DNA from: Spirochaetia bacterium
GTDB taxonomy: Bacteria; Spirochaetota; Spirochaetia; SZUA-6; Bin103
Direction of reading: 5' to 3'
DNA: 64,000 nucleotides
Assembly: GCA_965208575.1 (NCBI GenBank)
Contig: CBDBOV010000003.1
Coordinates: 544,001-608,000 of the forward strand
In this document: positions 28,709-38,814 of the stretch, in pieces
How the letters are laid out: each line of letters opens with the position of its first letter
Numbering within the stretch: position 1 is the first letter of the stretch
Notes under the pieces: generated by a model
What the model was told of the DNA's origin: nothing
Databases searched by the model: none
What the model saw: only the letters and a program-made list of their open reading frames with translations
Translations under genes and position numbers: made by a program

Positions 28709-29815
28709 ATGAGGGACGCGTATCTGGTCGAGGGCGAGCGGCGGGCCGGTGAGCTGGGCAACCGCGGACCGCTTCGGTTCGACCGCGACGGCAACCTGGC
28801 GCCGGACATCCTCAAGGCCTACCGCCGCACCGGCTTCTACGTGTTCGAGGGACTGCTGCGCAATACGGAACTGGGCGAATTGCGGGCCGACTTCGAGCGC
28901 GTGCTGCAGCAGGCGCCGCGTTCGGGAGCGGCCGTAGTCGATGCGCGCGGACGGCCGGCGCTCGGGGTCGATCTCAAGCTGCCGCAATTCCACTTCGCCA
29001 AGCCTCTGAGCGATCCGATCGGCGGCACCAAGCTCCTCGACGGACGCCACCCGGTGAAAATGGCCGAACCGCCCGCGCCGGGCGATGCGCCGGACAGGAT
29101 CCTGTATTACATCGGCAACGGTGCGCTGCAGCTCATGGATACCTATCTGCGGCTGTACGGCAACCCGGATCTGCTGCGCGTGGCCGAGCAGATCGCCGGA
29201 CCCGATTTCGTTCCGTGGTACGAGGCGGTGTTCGTGAAGCATGCCGGACTCGGTCCATCGACGGCATGGCATCAGGACGGTACCACCCATTGGGACAACC
29301 CGGCGCTCGGCGCGGGCGCGCACGGGTTCAACGTGATGACCCAGCTCTATCTGACCACCCCGGCGAATGCGCTCTGGGTGGTTCCCGGCACCCATCTGGC
29401 CAAGGTCGACATCGTGGCGCGCGTTGCCGCCAACGGCGGTTCCGATCGCCTGCCCGGCGCGGTGCCGATGCTGTGCCACCCCGGCGACGTGGCGGTCAAC
29501 GACCGCCAGGTCCTGCACGGGGCATTCGCGAACGCATCCGACCGGCGGCGGGTGACGCTGGTGTTCGGGTTCTACCCGCGCGCTTCGGTGCTCGGGGTGA
29601 TGCGCGGCAATCCGCCCCGGCTCTATGACGCCGCACGCATCCACGAGCGCTCGCGTATCGTCGCGTTGGCCATCGATGCCCGCCGCCAGCACTATCCGCA
29701 CGAGGTCCCCTACGTGTACCAGCCGCTGGCCGGCGAGCCCGAGGCCAACCGCTGGAACGAGGACGCGCGCGAGTCGATCCTGAAGAACTACGACATCAAC
29801 ACCATGTTCCTGTGA
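28709..29815 (+). CDS. Phytanoyl-CoA dioxygenase (PhyH) family Fe/2OG oxygenase
   Basis: WHQD, LWVVPGTH, LHG..N...RR motifs; GAGGAGG RBS. Confidence 0.85.
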   Translation: MRDAYLVEGERRAGELGNRGPLRFDRDGNLAPDILKAYRRTGFYVFEGLLRNTELGELRADFERVLQQAPRSGAAVVDARGRPALGVDLKLPQFHFAKPLSDPIGGTKLLDGRHPVKMAEPPAPGDAPDRILYYIGNGALQLMDTYLRLYGNPDLLRVAEQIAGPDFVPWYEAVFVKHAGLGPSTAWHQDGTTHWDNPALGAGAHGFNVMTQLYLTTPANALWVVPGTHLAKVDIVARVAANGGSDRLPGAVPMLCHPGDVAVNDRQVLHGAFANASDRRRVTLVFGFYPRASVLGVMRGNPPRLYDAARIHERSRIVALAIDARRQHYPHEVPYVYQPLAGEPEANRWNEDARESILKNYDINTMFL

Positions 29816-29851
29816 CCGCCCGGGTTTCGGGGTACGAGTGCGACAGGCTGC

Positions 29852-30541
29852 TCAGTCGCGGTAGAGCAGTCGGTAGAGGAGCCAACCGAGAATCGCACCC
29901 ACAATCGGACCGACGATGAAGATCCACACGTTCGCCAGCGCCGCGCCGCCCTGGACCAGCGCCGGGCCGAGGCTGCGCGCCGGGTTGAGGGAGGCATCGC
30001 CGAGTTGCGCGCCCACCAGGTGAGCCACGAACAGGTAGCCGCCGATGGCGATGCCGGCGACGCCGGGGGCGGCGTCGTCGCGGGTTGCGCCCAGAATCAC
30101 CACCAGGAACAGGGCCGTCATCACCAATTCGAGCAGCAGCAGCGAGAAGGCGCCCATCTGCCGCGGATTGCCGTTGGCGCCCAGGCCGTTGCTGCCCAGT
30201 TCGTACCCTGGGATGCCGCCGACGATGACCAGCAACACCAGGCTGGCGACGAGTGCCCCCACTACCTGTGCGATGATGTACGCGGCTGCCTTGCCGCCTT
30301 CGATCTTGCGGGCGATCAACATGGCAATGGTCACCGCGGGGTTGATGTGGCACCCGGATACCGGCCCGATCACCCAGACCAGCACCATCAGCGTACAACC
30401 GAAGGCGAACGAGATTCCGAGCCAGCCGGTGTCTCCGTAGCCGGGCAGGAACCCTTGCAGGGTGGCGACGCCGGTTCCGATGAAGACCAGCGCGAAGGTA
30501 CCCACCAACTCTCCAAGAAAACTGCGTGCATTCGCTGGCAT
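29852..30541 (-). CDS. aqpZ: Aquaporin (MIP family, AqpZ-like)
   Basis: Two NPA motifs (HINPAVT, SLNPARS) and six TM segments. Confidence 0.85.
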   Translation of the reverse strand: MPANARSFLGELVGTFALVFIGTGVATLQGFLPGYGDTGWLGISFAFGCTLMVLVWVIGPVSGCHINPAVTIAMLIARKIEGGKAAAYIIAQVVGALVASLVLLVIVGGIPGYELGSNGLGANGNPRQMGAFSLLLLELVMTALFLVVILGATRDDAAPGVAGIAIGGYLFVAHLVGAQLGDASLNPARSLGPALVQGGAALANVWIFIVGPIVGAILGWLLYRLLYRD

Positions 30542-30816
30542 CTCTCTACGTCCTCCTGCGAGGGGCCACCCGGCTGCCGGCCCTCAACGCTACGCCCGGC
30601 AACCGTCCCGGTATTAGTCCCTCAATGATCAACCTGTGGTATCTGCTTCCCATATTAGGGAGTGGTCAAGATAAATATCTGTTGATTTGTATATTGTACC
30701 ACTGATGCGGCTTTGTGCGAAGCGGCTGCCGAGGGCGTCGGTGGCGGCGGGGGAGACCGACGTGCCGGCCGCGGGCCGGGCGGCCGGCACGTGCGGTCCC
30801 GCGCCGGGGGCCGGCG

Positions 30817-32316
30817 TCAGCGCCGGTCAGTGACGCGTGGCACCACGTCGCAGGTTTCCTGGTACCAGCGCAGCATCCGGAGGCGCAGTTCGGCCAGCAC
30901 ATCGCGGTAGGCCGGCTCGTCGACCACGTTGCGCTGCTCGCCGGGATCAAGCGCCAGGTCGTACAACTCGTCGCTCTCGTACAGGCGCTGCACGTACTTG
31001 TGGGTCGCCGTACGGCACATGGCCGCCTTGCCGTGGTACGGCTCGTCGAGTTGCACCTGGAGCGCGATGCGCGGCGCGTACAGGCCGAGCGGGCCGCCGC
31101 CGCTGGTGCTCTCCAGTTCCGAGGCCTGCACCTCGCCGAGCCGCCGCCCGCCCTCGCAGAACACCGCGTCACGGCCCTCCCGGTCGCCCCTGCCGCTCAG
31201 CAGCGGCAACAGGCTGCGCCCGAAGTGGTCGTAGCCCGGATCGATGCCGGTCAGCTCGTATACCGTCGCCGAGAAGTCCGCCAGCTCCACCAGGGCGTCG
31301 CAGACGCGCGGCGTCACCGCCACGCCGGACGGCGGCTTGACCACCAGCGGCACCCGGGTCAGGCAGTCCTCGAACGTGTTCTGGGCCTTCTCCACCAGCC
31401 CGTAGTCGCCGGTGAAGTCGCCGTGGTCCGAGAACAGGAACACCGCCGCGTCGTCGTAGCGTCCGCACTCGCGCAGGGCGTCGCAGAGCTGGCCGAACTG
31501 GTGGTCGACGCGCGCACACATGCCGTAGTAGGTGGCGCGCAACTCGGTCCAGCGTTCCTCGCTCCAGCGCTGCAGGCGCTGGCCGCGGCGAATGCCGCCG
31601 AGCAGCGACGGCTTGCCGGTCTCGTCCGCGGGCGCCGGAATGCGCGGCGGCAGCGCGGCGCGGTCGGTGACGCCGTACCACGGCTCCTCCACGCAGTAGG
31701 GCGGATGGGGGTAGGTGAGCGGCAGGTAGATGCACAGCGGCTGGTCGCCGCGGTACTCGCGCAGGCAGTCGATGGCGCCGAGCACGTTGGCCCAGTCGCG
31801 GTCGCAGTAGCACGGGTCGTCGCCGCGCTCCAGCCGGCCCTTGAAGAAGCTGTAGAAGTTGTCGCCCTCCGGGTCGCCGCGCCAGGCCAGGTCGCCGGCG
31901 TGGGCGCCCTCGCGCGGCGTGCAACCCCAGCGCCGGTAGTCGGCAGCGGTCGGCTCGAACTTCACGTCGCAGTAGGGCGACAGGTCGGCCCCGCCGGGCA
32001 CCAGGTCGTTCTTGCCGCCCCACCACACGAAGTAGCCGTGCTCCTTGAGGGTGCGCAGCAGGTTGGGCTCGTTCCACTCCGGGTGCAGCATGTGGTGCAT
32101 GGTGCGGTGCCCGCGCACGTGCGGGTACCAGCCGCTCATGAAGCTGCACCTGCTCGGTGTGCACACCGGGTTCTGGCAGAACGCCCGCGAGAACGACACC
32201 CCATCCCCCGCCACCAGCCGGTCGATCGCCGGCGTCACCGCCGCTTCGTTGCCCACGTGCCCGAGCACGTCCCCCCGCCACTGATCCGGATTGAAGATGA
32301 TGATGTCAGGTCGCAT
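30817..32316 (-). CDS. Sulfatase family hydrolase
   Basis: CTPSR formylglycine motif, SDHG, ELYDL..DPGE. Confidence 0.9.
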   Translation of the reverse strand: MRPDIIIFNPDQWRGDVLGHVGNEAAVTPAIDRLVAGDGVSFSRAFCQNPVCTPSRCSFMSGWYPHVRGHRTMHHMLHPEWNEPNLLRTLKEHGYFVWWGGKNDLVPGGADLSPYCDVKFEPTAADYRRWGCTPREGAHAGDLAWRGDPEGDNFYSFFKGRLERGDDPCYCDRDWANVLGAIDCLREYRGDQPLCIYLPLTYPHPPYCVEEPWYGVTDRAALPPRIPAPADETGKPSLLGGIRRGQRLQRWSEERWTELRATYYGMCARVDHQFGQLCDALRECGRYDDAAVFLFSDHGDFTGDYGLVEKAQNTFEDCLTRVPLVVKPPSGVAVTPRVCDALVELADFSATVYELTGIDPGYDHFGRSLLPLLSGRGDREGRDAVFCEGGRRLGEVQASELESTSGGGPLGLYAPRIALQVQLDEPYHGKAAMCRTATHKYVQRLYESDELYDLALDPGEQRNVVDEPAYRDVLAELRLRMLRWYQETCDVVPRVTDRR

Positions 32317-32460
32317 GTGCCCTCCAGGGTAGCAGAAAGCGGAGGTTGGGCCGATCACGGCACGAGGCGTGTAGTCGCGGTGGCGAGCGCAACAAACGCA
32401 CACGGTGCAGCGGCGACGCTCGGTAGACCTTGCAGTTTAGGCGTAGTATGCTCTCCGATG

Positions 32461-32685
32461 ATGGGTCGCAAGGCACAACACGTCGTTCCCAGAGATGGGA
32501 AATGGGCCGTACGCAAAACCGGCGCCGATCGCGTAACGAAACATTTCGATACTCAGCGTGAAGCCATCGAGGCCGCCCGAGAACTCGCTCGAAAACAGAA
32601 AACGGAGTTGTACATTCATGGGAAGGATGGACGAATTCGCGAACGAGACTCCTTCGGGGACGACCCATTTCCACCAAAGGGATAG
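32461..32685 (+). CDS. DUF2188 family protein
   Basis: QHVVPRDGKWAV..FDTQREAI..ELYIHGKDGRIRERDSFGDDPFPPKG is the typical family pattern. Confidence 0.85.
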   Translation: MGRKAQHVVPRDGKWAVRKTGADRVTKHFDTQREAIEAARELARKQKTELYIHGKDGRIRERDSFGDDPFPPKG

Positions 32686-32694
32686 ACACAAAAC

Positions 32695-33327
32695 CTGGTT
32701 GACGCAGACTTCCGTCGAAGCGTTTTCGTAAACTGTCCGTTTGATCAAGAGTACGAGCCGATTCTGCAGGCGGTCTTGTTCTGCTTGGTACGCTTGGGTC
32801 TGAAACCGCGCATTGCGACCGAACGAAACGACGCCGGCGAACCAAGAGTAGAGAAGATCATTGAATTGATCAGGTCGTGTCGTTATTCGATTCACGACCT
32901 CAGCAGATGTCAAGCCCGCGCCCCGGGGGAACACTATAGACTCAACATGCCCTTTGAGCTCGGAGTCGATTTCGGATGTCGACGCTATGGCGGCGAGCCG
33001 TTTTCGGAGAAGGCTATTCTTGTGCTTGAGGAGCAGCCTTATCGCTATCAGGCTGCACTTTCAGACTTGGCAGGAAGTGACATTGAAGTACATCACGGCG
33101 ACTACGAAATAGCCGTTAGGAAGGTGCGGAACTGGATTACCGGGTTCCTTGCTAGTGAGCTTGTCGGAGCTGCTCGCATCTTGGCAGAGTATGAAGACTT
33201 CCAGAAGTGGAACTACGAGCGTCAACTTGCCGCAGGCTTTTCCGAAGCCGACATTCGGGACTATTCCACCCCGGAGCTACTGCGAGCGATGCTTCGATGG
33301 ATTGAGCAGCGCCGGCCGCGGGTGTGA
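32695..33327 (+). CDS. Hypothetical protein, likely TIR/nucleoside-deoxyribosyltransferase-like fold ('VFVNCPFD' family); start uncertain (CTG?)
   Basis: The frame is open upstream of the called ORF: SVFVNCPFD..SIHDLSR..RLNMPFELG..SDLAG.DI. Confidence 0.65.
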   Translation: MVDADFRRSVFVNCPFDQEYEPILQAVLFCLVRLGLKPRIATERNDAGEPRVEKIIELIRSCRYSIHDLSRCQARAPGEHYRLNMPFELGVDFGCRRYGGEPFSEKAILVLEEQPYRYQAALSDLAGSDIEVHHGDYEIAVRKVRNWITGFLASELVGAARILAEYEDFQKWNYERQLAAGFSEADIRDYSTPELLRAMLRWIEQRRPRV

Positions 33328-33451
33328 CACCGGCGTTCCTGTGAAGTGACATCGTGCACCATCACGCCGAGTTGTCTACGAAGCTCTGCAGCAAGCGAGA
33401 GGGTGGGATGTGTTGCCGATGGCCGGATAGGCTATCATGGGATGACGAGAG

Positions 33452-34417
33452 ATGAGTGCGTTCTGGGAGCAGGTGGGTGGTTGTCTGGAGCGGGGCGAGC
33501 GGGTGTTCGTGGCTTGCGTGGCCGAGAGCACGCGCGGCTCGCCCGGCACGGCAGGGGCGAAGCTGCTGGTGGCAGAGGGCGGCGGCCCGTTCGGGACTAT
33601 CGGCGGCGGCACGATGGAACACCGGCTGGTGGAGCAGGCGCGGGAGTTGCTGCGCAGCGGCGGGGCGCAGCCGGAGAAGCGCACCCTGGTGCACAGCGAT
33701 ACCGCGGAAGGGGAACAGTCGGGCATGGTATGCGAGGGCAGCCAGACCAACGTGTTCTGCGTGTTGGCCGGCGACCGCGACTGCACCACCGCGGGCGCCA
33801 TCGCCGCCGCCGTACGGGAGGACCGGCCCGCATGGATGGCGATCGACGCGGGCGGCCTGCGGCTCATGGAGCGGGATGCGGACCTCTCACGGCCGCCGTT
33901 TGCGCTGACCGGGGAGGGGGAGCTCTGGCACTACGAGGAGGACCTGCTGAACCGGCGCCGGCTGGCGGTGATCGGCGGCGGCCACTGCGCGGTGGCGTTG
34001 GCCGAGGCGATGGCGCGCCTCGGTTACCGCACGCAGATCTTCGATACCCGCACCGAGGTGGTGACCCATTACCGCGCCGCGGCCGTGGGGACGGTGACCC
34101 ACGTCGCGGACTACGCCGCCGCGGGACCGCTCATTGCCTGGCCCGAGCTGACCGCCGTGGTGGTGATGACCGCGGACTACCTGACCGACGTGCGCGCGCT
34201 TCTGGGGACGGCGGAACTGCCGTTTCCCTTCGTCGGCCTGATGGGCGGCAGGCGCAAGATCGCCCGGATCTTCGCCAAGCTGCGGGAGGAGGGGACCGCG
34301 CAGGAGGCGCTTGACCGGGTCCACGCACCTGTTGGCCTGGACATCGGCAGCGACACCCCCGAAGAAATCGCTATCAGCGTCGCTGCCCAGATCCTGCGCG
34401 AGCGCAACCGGGCCTGA
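33452..34417 (+). CDS. xdhC: XdhC/CoxI family molybdenum cofactor insertion chaperone
   Basis: GTIGGG, CEG, IGGGH, APVGLDIGSDTPEEIAIS. Confidence 0.9.
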   Translation: MSAFWEQVGGCLERGERVFVACVAESTRGSPGTAGAKLLVAEGGGPFGTIGGGTMEHRLVEQARELLRSGGAQPEKRTLVHSDTAEGEQSGMVCEGSQTNVFCVLAGDRDCTTAGAIAAAVREDRPAWMAIDAGGLRLMERDADLSRPPFALTGEGELWHYEEDLLNRRRLAVIGGGHCAVALAEAMARLGYRTQIFDTRTEVVTHYRAAAVGTVTHVADYAAAGPLIAWPELTAVVVMTADYLTDVRALLGTAELPFPFVGLMGGRRKIARIFAKLREEGTAQEALDRVHAPVGLDIGSDTPEEIAISVAAQILRERNRA

Positions 34418-34421
34418 CGCG

Positions 34422-36350
34422 ATGCCGGCGAGCACGCGGTTCATCCTCAACGACCGCGAGGTGGAGACGAACGCCCCCGCCGGCCTGTTGGTGCTGGACT
34501 TTCTACGCGACTGCGAGCGGCTCACCGGCACCAAGGAAGGCTGCAAGGAGGGCGACTGCGGCGCCTGCGCGATCCTGATCGGTGAGTTGGACGGGGATTC
34601 GGTCCGCTACCAGCCGGTCACTTCCTGCCTGGTGCCGCTGGCCGAGGTGCATGGCAGGCACTTGGTGACCATTGAGGGCTGCAACCTTGCCGGGCTCAAC
34701 CCGGTGCAGGAGGCGATCGTCGAGTTCGGCGGCGCCCAGTGCGGGTTCTGCACGCCCGGCATCGTGGTGTCGCTGCACGGCCTGCTGCTCGACAACGGCA
34801 AGGGGCTTTCCCTCGACGACGTCAAGTACGCCCTGAGCGGCCACCTGTGCCGCTGCACCGGCTACCGCTCGCTCAAGGACTGCGCCGCCACGCTCGAGCG
34901 CGACCTCGGCAGCCGGCTGCAGGCCAACGGCAGCGCGAACCGCGTGGCTGCGCTGACCGCCGCCGGCGCTTTGCCGGAGTACTTCGCCGCCATCCCCGGG
35001 CGGTTGCGCGCCCTGTGTGCGCCGAGCCACGCCGCAGCCACGCTTGCCGGGGATGCGACGGCCCTCCTGGAGCCGGCGTCGATCGCGGCCAGCGTGCCTG
35101 CGGGGTTGGCTGCGTCCCCAAGTTCCGCTTCAGCGGCGCTGCCTGCGGATACGATGGCACGCCTCAAATCAGCGTCGGATGCGGGCAAGGGCAGCGCGCC
35201 GCCGGCAGCGTCCGCGAGGCGCACCGCTACGACCTTGAAGCTGCCACCGACGGGCACCGCCGCGGCACCGCGACCCGCACCCGTGGCGGAGCGACCGGAC
35301 GGGTCGCCGGCTACCGCTTCGCCGCCGGATTCGTCGCGCGCGCCCTCCGAACGCGGCCCACACGCCGAACCGGCCCGCACTGCGCCGGCGACTGCCGCCT
35401 CCGCGGCGTCCGAGCCTCCGCCGGAGGATCCTGCTGCTGCGTCGGCGCGCGCAACCCAAGTGGAGTCGCCGAGCACAACCGTCCCGTCCGGCCCGCCTGC
35501 CGTGGCGGAGACCGAGGGCTCCTACCCGCGTCCGTCCGATCTTCTTATCGCCGGCGGCACCGACCTGTACGTGCAGCAGGGTGAGACGATACCCGGACGG
35601 CCGGTCACCGTGCTGGGGCGGCGCCCCGATCTGAAGGGGATCCGCCGCCACGGCGGCGAGTTCCGAGTCGGCGGCCTGACCACGTTCGAGGAGTTCGGCA
35701 CCCATCCGGCGGTGATCGAAGCAATTCCGGCCATCGCGTCGTTCAATCACCTGATCGCCTCCTGGCAGATCCGCAACCGCGCCACCCTGGCCGGCAACAT
35801 CGTCAACGCCTCCCCGATCGGCGACTTCACGGCGCTGCTGCTGGCCCTGGACGCGCGTGTTGTGCTGGAAGACGGCGGTGCGCAGCGGTCCGTTCCCCTC
35901 AAGGAGTTCTATCGCGGTTACAAGCAGATCGACCTGCGCCCCGGCGAGCTGCTCACCGAGGTTGCGTTCGCAGACCCGGCCGGGGCGCGGGTCAACTTCG
36001 AGAAGGTGTCCAAGCGTACCTGCCTCGACATCGCCTCGGTGAACAGCGCCTGCTCGATCCGCTGCACGGACAGCACGATCGATGATGCTCACTTCAGCCT
36101 CGGCGGCGTGGCGCCGGTTCCGCTCTACCTGCACGAGACCTCGCGGGCCGTGCGCGGCCGCAGCCTCGCCCTGGAAACGGCATGGGAGGCGGTGCGCGTG
36201 TCACAACAGGAGATTGCGCCGATCTCGGACGTGCGCGGGTCGGCCGAGTACAAGCGCCTGCTGGCACGGCAGTTGCTCATTGCCCACTTCGTCTCCCTGT
36301 TTCCCGACCGCTTCGCCGCCGAAGCGTTCTACGCCGGGAAGAGCGCATGA
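34422..36350 (+). CDS. xdhA: Xanthine dehydrogenase small subunit (2Fe-2S + FAD) with a long low-complexity insertion
   Basis: GTKEGCKEGDCGAC, QCGFCTPG, LCRCTGY, AGGTDL, IRNRATLAGN. Confidence 0.9.
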   Translation: MPASTRFILNDREVETNAPAGLLVLDFLRDCERLTGTKEGCKEGDCGACAILIGELDGDSVRYQPVTSCLVPLAEVHGRHLVTIEGCNLAGLNPVQEAIVEFGGAQCGFCTPGIVVSLHGLLLDNGKGLSLDDVKYALSGHLCRCTGYRSLKDCAATLERDLGSRLQANGSANRVAALTAAGALPEYFAAIPGRLRALCAPSHAAATLAGDATALLEPASIAASVPAGLAASPSSASAALPADTMARLKSASDAGKGSAPPAASARRTATTLKLPPTGTAAAPRPAPVAERPDGSPATASPPDSSRAPSERGPHAEPARTAPATAASAASEPPPEDPAAASARATQVESPSTTVPSGPPAVAETEGSYPRPSDLLIAGGTDLYVQQGETIPGRPVTVLGRRPDLKGIRRHGGEFRVGGLTTFEEFGTHPAVIEAIPAIASFNHLIASWQIRNRATLAGNIVNASPIGDFTALLLALDARVVLEDGGAQRSVPLKEFYRGYKQIDLRPGELLTEVAFADPAGARVNFEKVSKRTCLDIASVNSACSIRCTDSTIDDAHFSLGGVAPVPLYLHETSRAVRGRSLALETAWEAVRVSQQEIAPISDVRGSAEYKRLLARQLLIAHFVSLFPDRFAAEAFYAGKSA

Positions 36351-38707
36351 CCAGGATGGCCTCGGCCGACACGAAACACATCGACTCCCATCTGCACGTG
36401 CGCGGCGAGTCGCTGTACGTCGACGACGTGCCGCCGCCGCCCGGCATGCTGCACGCCGCGGTGTTCGGCTCGCCGGTGGCGCACGGCGTCGTCACTCGCC
36501 TGGCCACCGGCGCGGCGCTCGCCGCCCCCGGTGTCGTGGCCGTGCTCACCGCGGACGACATCCCGGGCGTCAACCGCTTCGGCCCGATCATCGAGGACGA
36601 GCAGTTGCTGGTGGAGCGCGAGGTGTGCTTCATCGGCCATCCGATCGCCCTGGTGGTGGCGCGTACCGCGCACCAGGCGCGGCAGGCGCGTGAGCTGATC
36701 GAAGTCGAGATCGACCCGCTGCCGGTGGTGGTCGACCCGCGCGAGGCGTTCGCAGCCGGCGACCTGATCCATCCGCAGCGTACCATGGCGGCCGGCGACG
36801 TCGCCGGGGCATGGGACGACTGCGACGTGGTGGTGGAGGGGCGCTGCGAGGTCGGCGGCCAGGAGCACCTCTACCTGGAGACGCAGCGCTCCCGCGCGGT
36901 GCCCGGCGAGGACGGTGCGATGCAGGTGTTCTCCTCCACGCAGGGGCCGGCCGCGGTGCAGCACGTGGTGGCGGCCGTGCTCGGCAGGCCGATGCACAAG
37001 GTGGAGGTCGACGTGAAGCGGCTCGGCGGCGGCTTCGGCGGCAAGGAGGACCAGGCCACCCACTGGGCGGCGCTGGCCGCGCTGGCCGCCGCCCGCCTGG
37101 AAGCGCCGGTGGAACTGGTGCTGAACCGGCTCGACGACATCCGGATGACCGGCAAGCGCCACCCCTACTCCGCGGACTTCAAGATCGGGCTCACCGCACG
37201 GCGCGAGATCCTGGCCTACGAGGCCACCTTCTACCAGAACTCCGGCGCCTTCGCCGACCTGTCGGCACCGGTGCTGGCGCGCACGCTGTTTCACGCCACG
37301 GGCGCCTACTTCATCCCCAACGTGCGGGTGACGGGCGCGGCGTGCCGCACCAACCTGCAGCCGCACACCGCGTTCCGCGGCTTCGGCGGTCCGCAGGGGA
37401 TGTATGTCATCGAGGCCGCCATCAACAAGGCCGCCGACGCCATGGGCATCGATGCGTCCGCCATCCAGCGCGCCAGCCTGCTGCGCGACGGCGACCGGTT
37501 CCACTACGGCCAGGTGGCCGGGCGCTGCCGCGCCGAGCGCACCTGGGACGAGCTGGAGTCGACGTTCGGGGTCGACGGCATCCGCCGGCGGGTCGCCGAA
37601 CACAACCGCCGCAACTTCGCCCTCAAGAAAGGCTGCGCGCTGATGCCGGTGTGCTTCGGCATCTCGTTTACCAAGAGCCACCTCAACCAGGGCCACGCCC
37701 TGGTGCACGTCTACACCGACGGCAGCGTGAGCGTGACCACCGGCGGCATCGAGATGGGGCAGGGCATCAGCAGCAACGTCGCCTCGGTGGTGGCGCGCAC
37801 CTTCGGCATTGCAAGGCACCGGGTACGCGTGGAGAGCACCAACACCACGCGCGTGGCCAACATGTCGCCGAGCGCGGCCAGCGCCACCACCGACCTGAAC
37901 GGCAACGCCGCCATCATCGCCGTCGAGACTATCCTGGGGGGCATGCGCGAAGCGGCCGCCGCGGAGCTTAGGGCGGTGGATCCCGCCACGGTGACCATCG
38001 CCGGCGAGCAGGTCCGTGTCGCCGGCAGGCCCGCCGGCATGAGTTGGACCGACGTGGTGGACCTCACCTACCACGCCCGCAGGCGGCTGTCCGCACACGG
38101 CTACTACGCCACGCCGGGCATCCACTACGACGAGCAGCGCGAGCACGGCCACCCGTTCGCCTACCACGTCTACGGCACCGCCGTGTTCGAGGTGACCGTC
38201 GACTGCCTGCGGGGCACCTACGCCGTCGACCAGGTGAAGATCGTCCACGACCTCGGCCGCACCATCAACCCTACCGTGGACCGCGGCCAGGTGGAGGGCG
38301 GCCTCGCGCAGGGCATGGGCTGGATGACCATGGAGGACCTGCAGTGCGACGCGGACGGCCGCTGCCTGTCGCACGCCCTGTCCACCTACAAGGCCCCGGA
38401 CGTCTACTTCATGCCCGACGACATGGCGGTGAAGTTCCTGCAGCCGGAGGACAACCCCTACGGCCCGCTCGGCGCCAAGGCGGTCGGCGAGCCGCCGCTG
38501 ATGTACGGCATCGGCGTCTTCTTCGCCCTGCGCAACGCCATGAAGGCGTTCCGCCCCGGCGCCGACCTGCCCCTCGACACCCCGATGACCCCGGAACGCC
38601 TCCTCCTCGCCCTGCACCGGGACATGAAGACCATTGGTGTGAGACAAGTGACGGGTCACCGTTCCCCAGAAATTCGACCCGTGCTCCCAACATTCCGCGA
38701 TGTGTAA
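36347..38707 (+). CDS. xdhB: Xanthine dehydrogenase molybdopterin-binding subunit
   Basis: GGGFGGKE, AFRGFGGPQG, GQVEGG, AVGEPP; ATGA overlap with xdhA. Confidence 0.92.
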   Translation: MTRMASADTKHIDSHLHVRGESLYVDDVPPPPGMLHAAVFGSPVAHGVVTRLATGAALAAPGVVAVLTADDIPGVNRFGPIIEDEQLLVEREVCFIGHPIALVVARTAHQARQARELIEVEIDPLPVVVDPREAFAAGDLIHPQRTMAAGDVAGAWDDCDVVVEGRCEVGGQEHLYLETQRSRAVPGEDGAMQVFSSTQGPAAVQHVVAAVLGRPMHKVEVDVKRLGGGFGGKEDQATHWAALAALAAARLEAPVELVLNRLDDIRMTGKRHPYSADFKIGLTARREILAYEATFYQNSGAFADLSAPVLARTLFHATGAYFIPNVRVTGAACRTNLQPHTAFRGFGGPQGMYVIEAAINKAADAMGIDASAIQRASLLRDGDRFHYGQVAGRCRAERTWDELESTFGVDGIRRRVAEHNRRNFALKKGCALMPVCFGISFTKSHLNQGHALVHVYTDGSVSVTTGGIEMGQGISSNVASVVARTFGIARHRVRVESTNTTRVANMSPSAASATTDLNGNAAIIAVETILGGMREAAAAELRAVDPATVTIAGEQVRVAGRPAGMSWTDVVDLTYHARRRLSAHGYYATPGIHYDEQREHGHPFAYHVYGTAVFEVTVDCLRGTYAVDQVKIVHDLGRTINPTVDRGQVEGGLAQGMGWMTMEDLQCDADGRCLSHALSTYKAPDVYFMPDDMAVKFLQPEDNPYGPLGAKAVGEPPLMYGIGVFFALRNAMKAFRPGADLPLDTPMTPERLLLALHRDMKTIGVRQVTGHRSPEIRPVLPTFRDV
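38232..38617 (+). repeat. Left copy of 386-bp direct repeat (xdhB 3' end)
   Basis: Aligns without gaps to 48569-48954; 24 mismatches counted by eye. Confidence 0.95.
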
Positions 38708-38814
38708 TCGTGGCCCGTTGGCAGGGTAGATTAGCCGTCCGCATCTCTTTTCCTCGGCGGATACGCACAAAATACCGCTGGTGAGTCTCTCGATGATGGC
38801 GCTACAATTCCGAA

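Noticed and set aside
30715-32460. 656-aa plus-strand ORF fused to DUF2188
   Set aside because: The upstream part is antisense to the sulfatase; only the last 74 codons are credible
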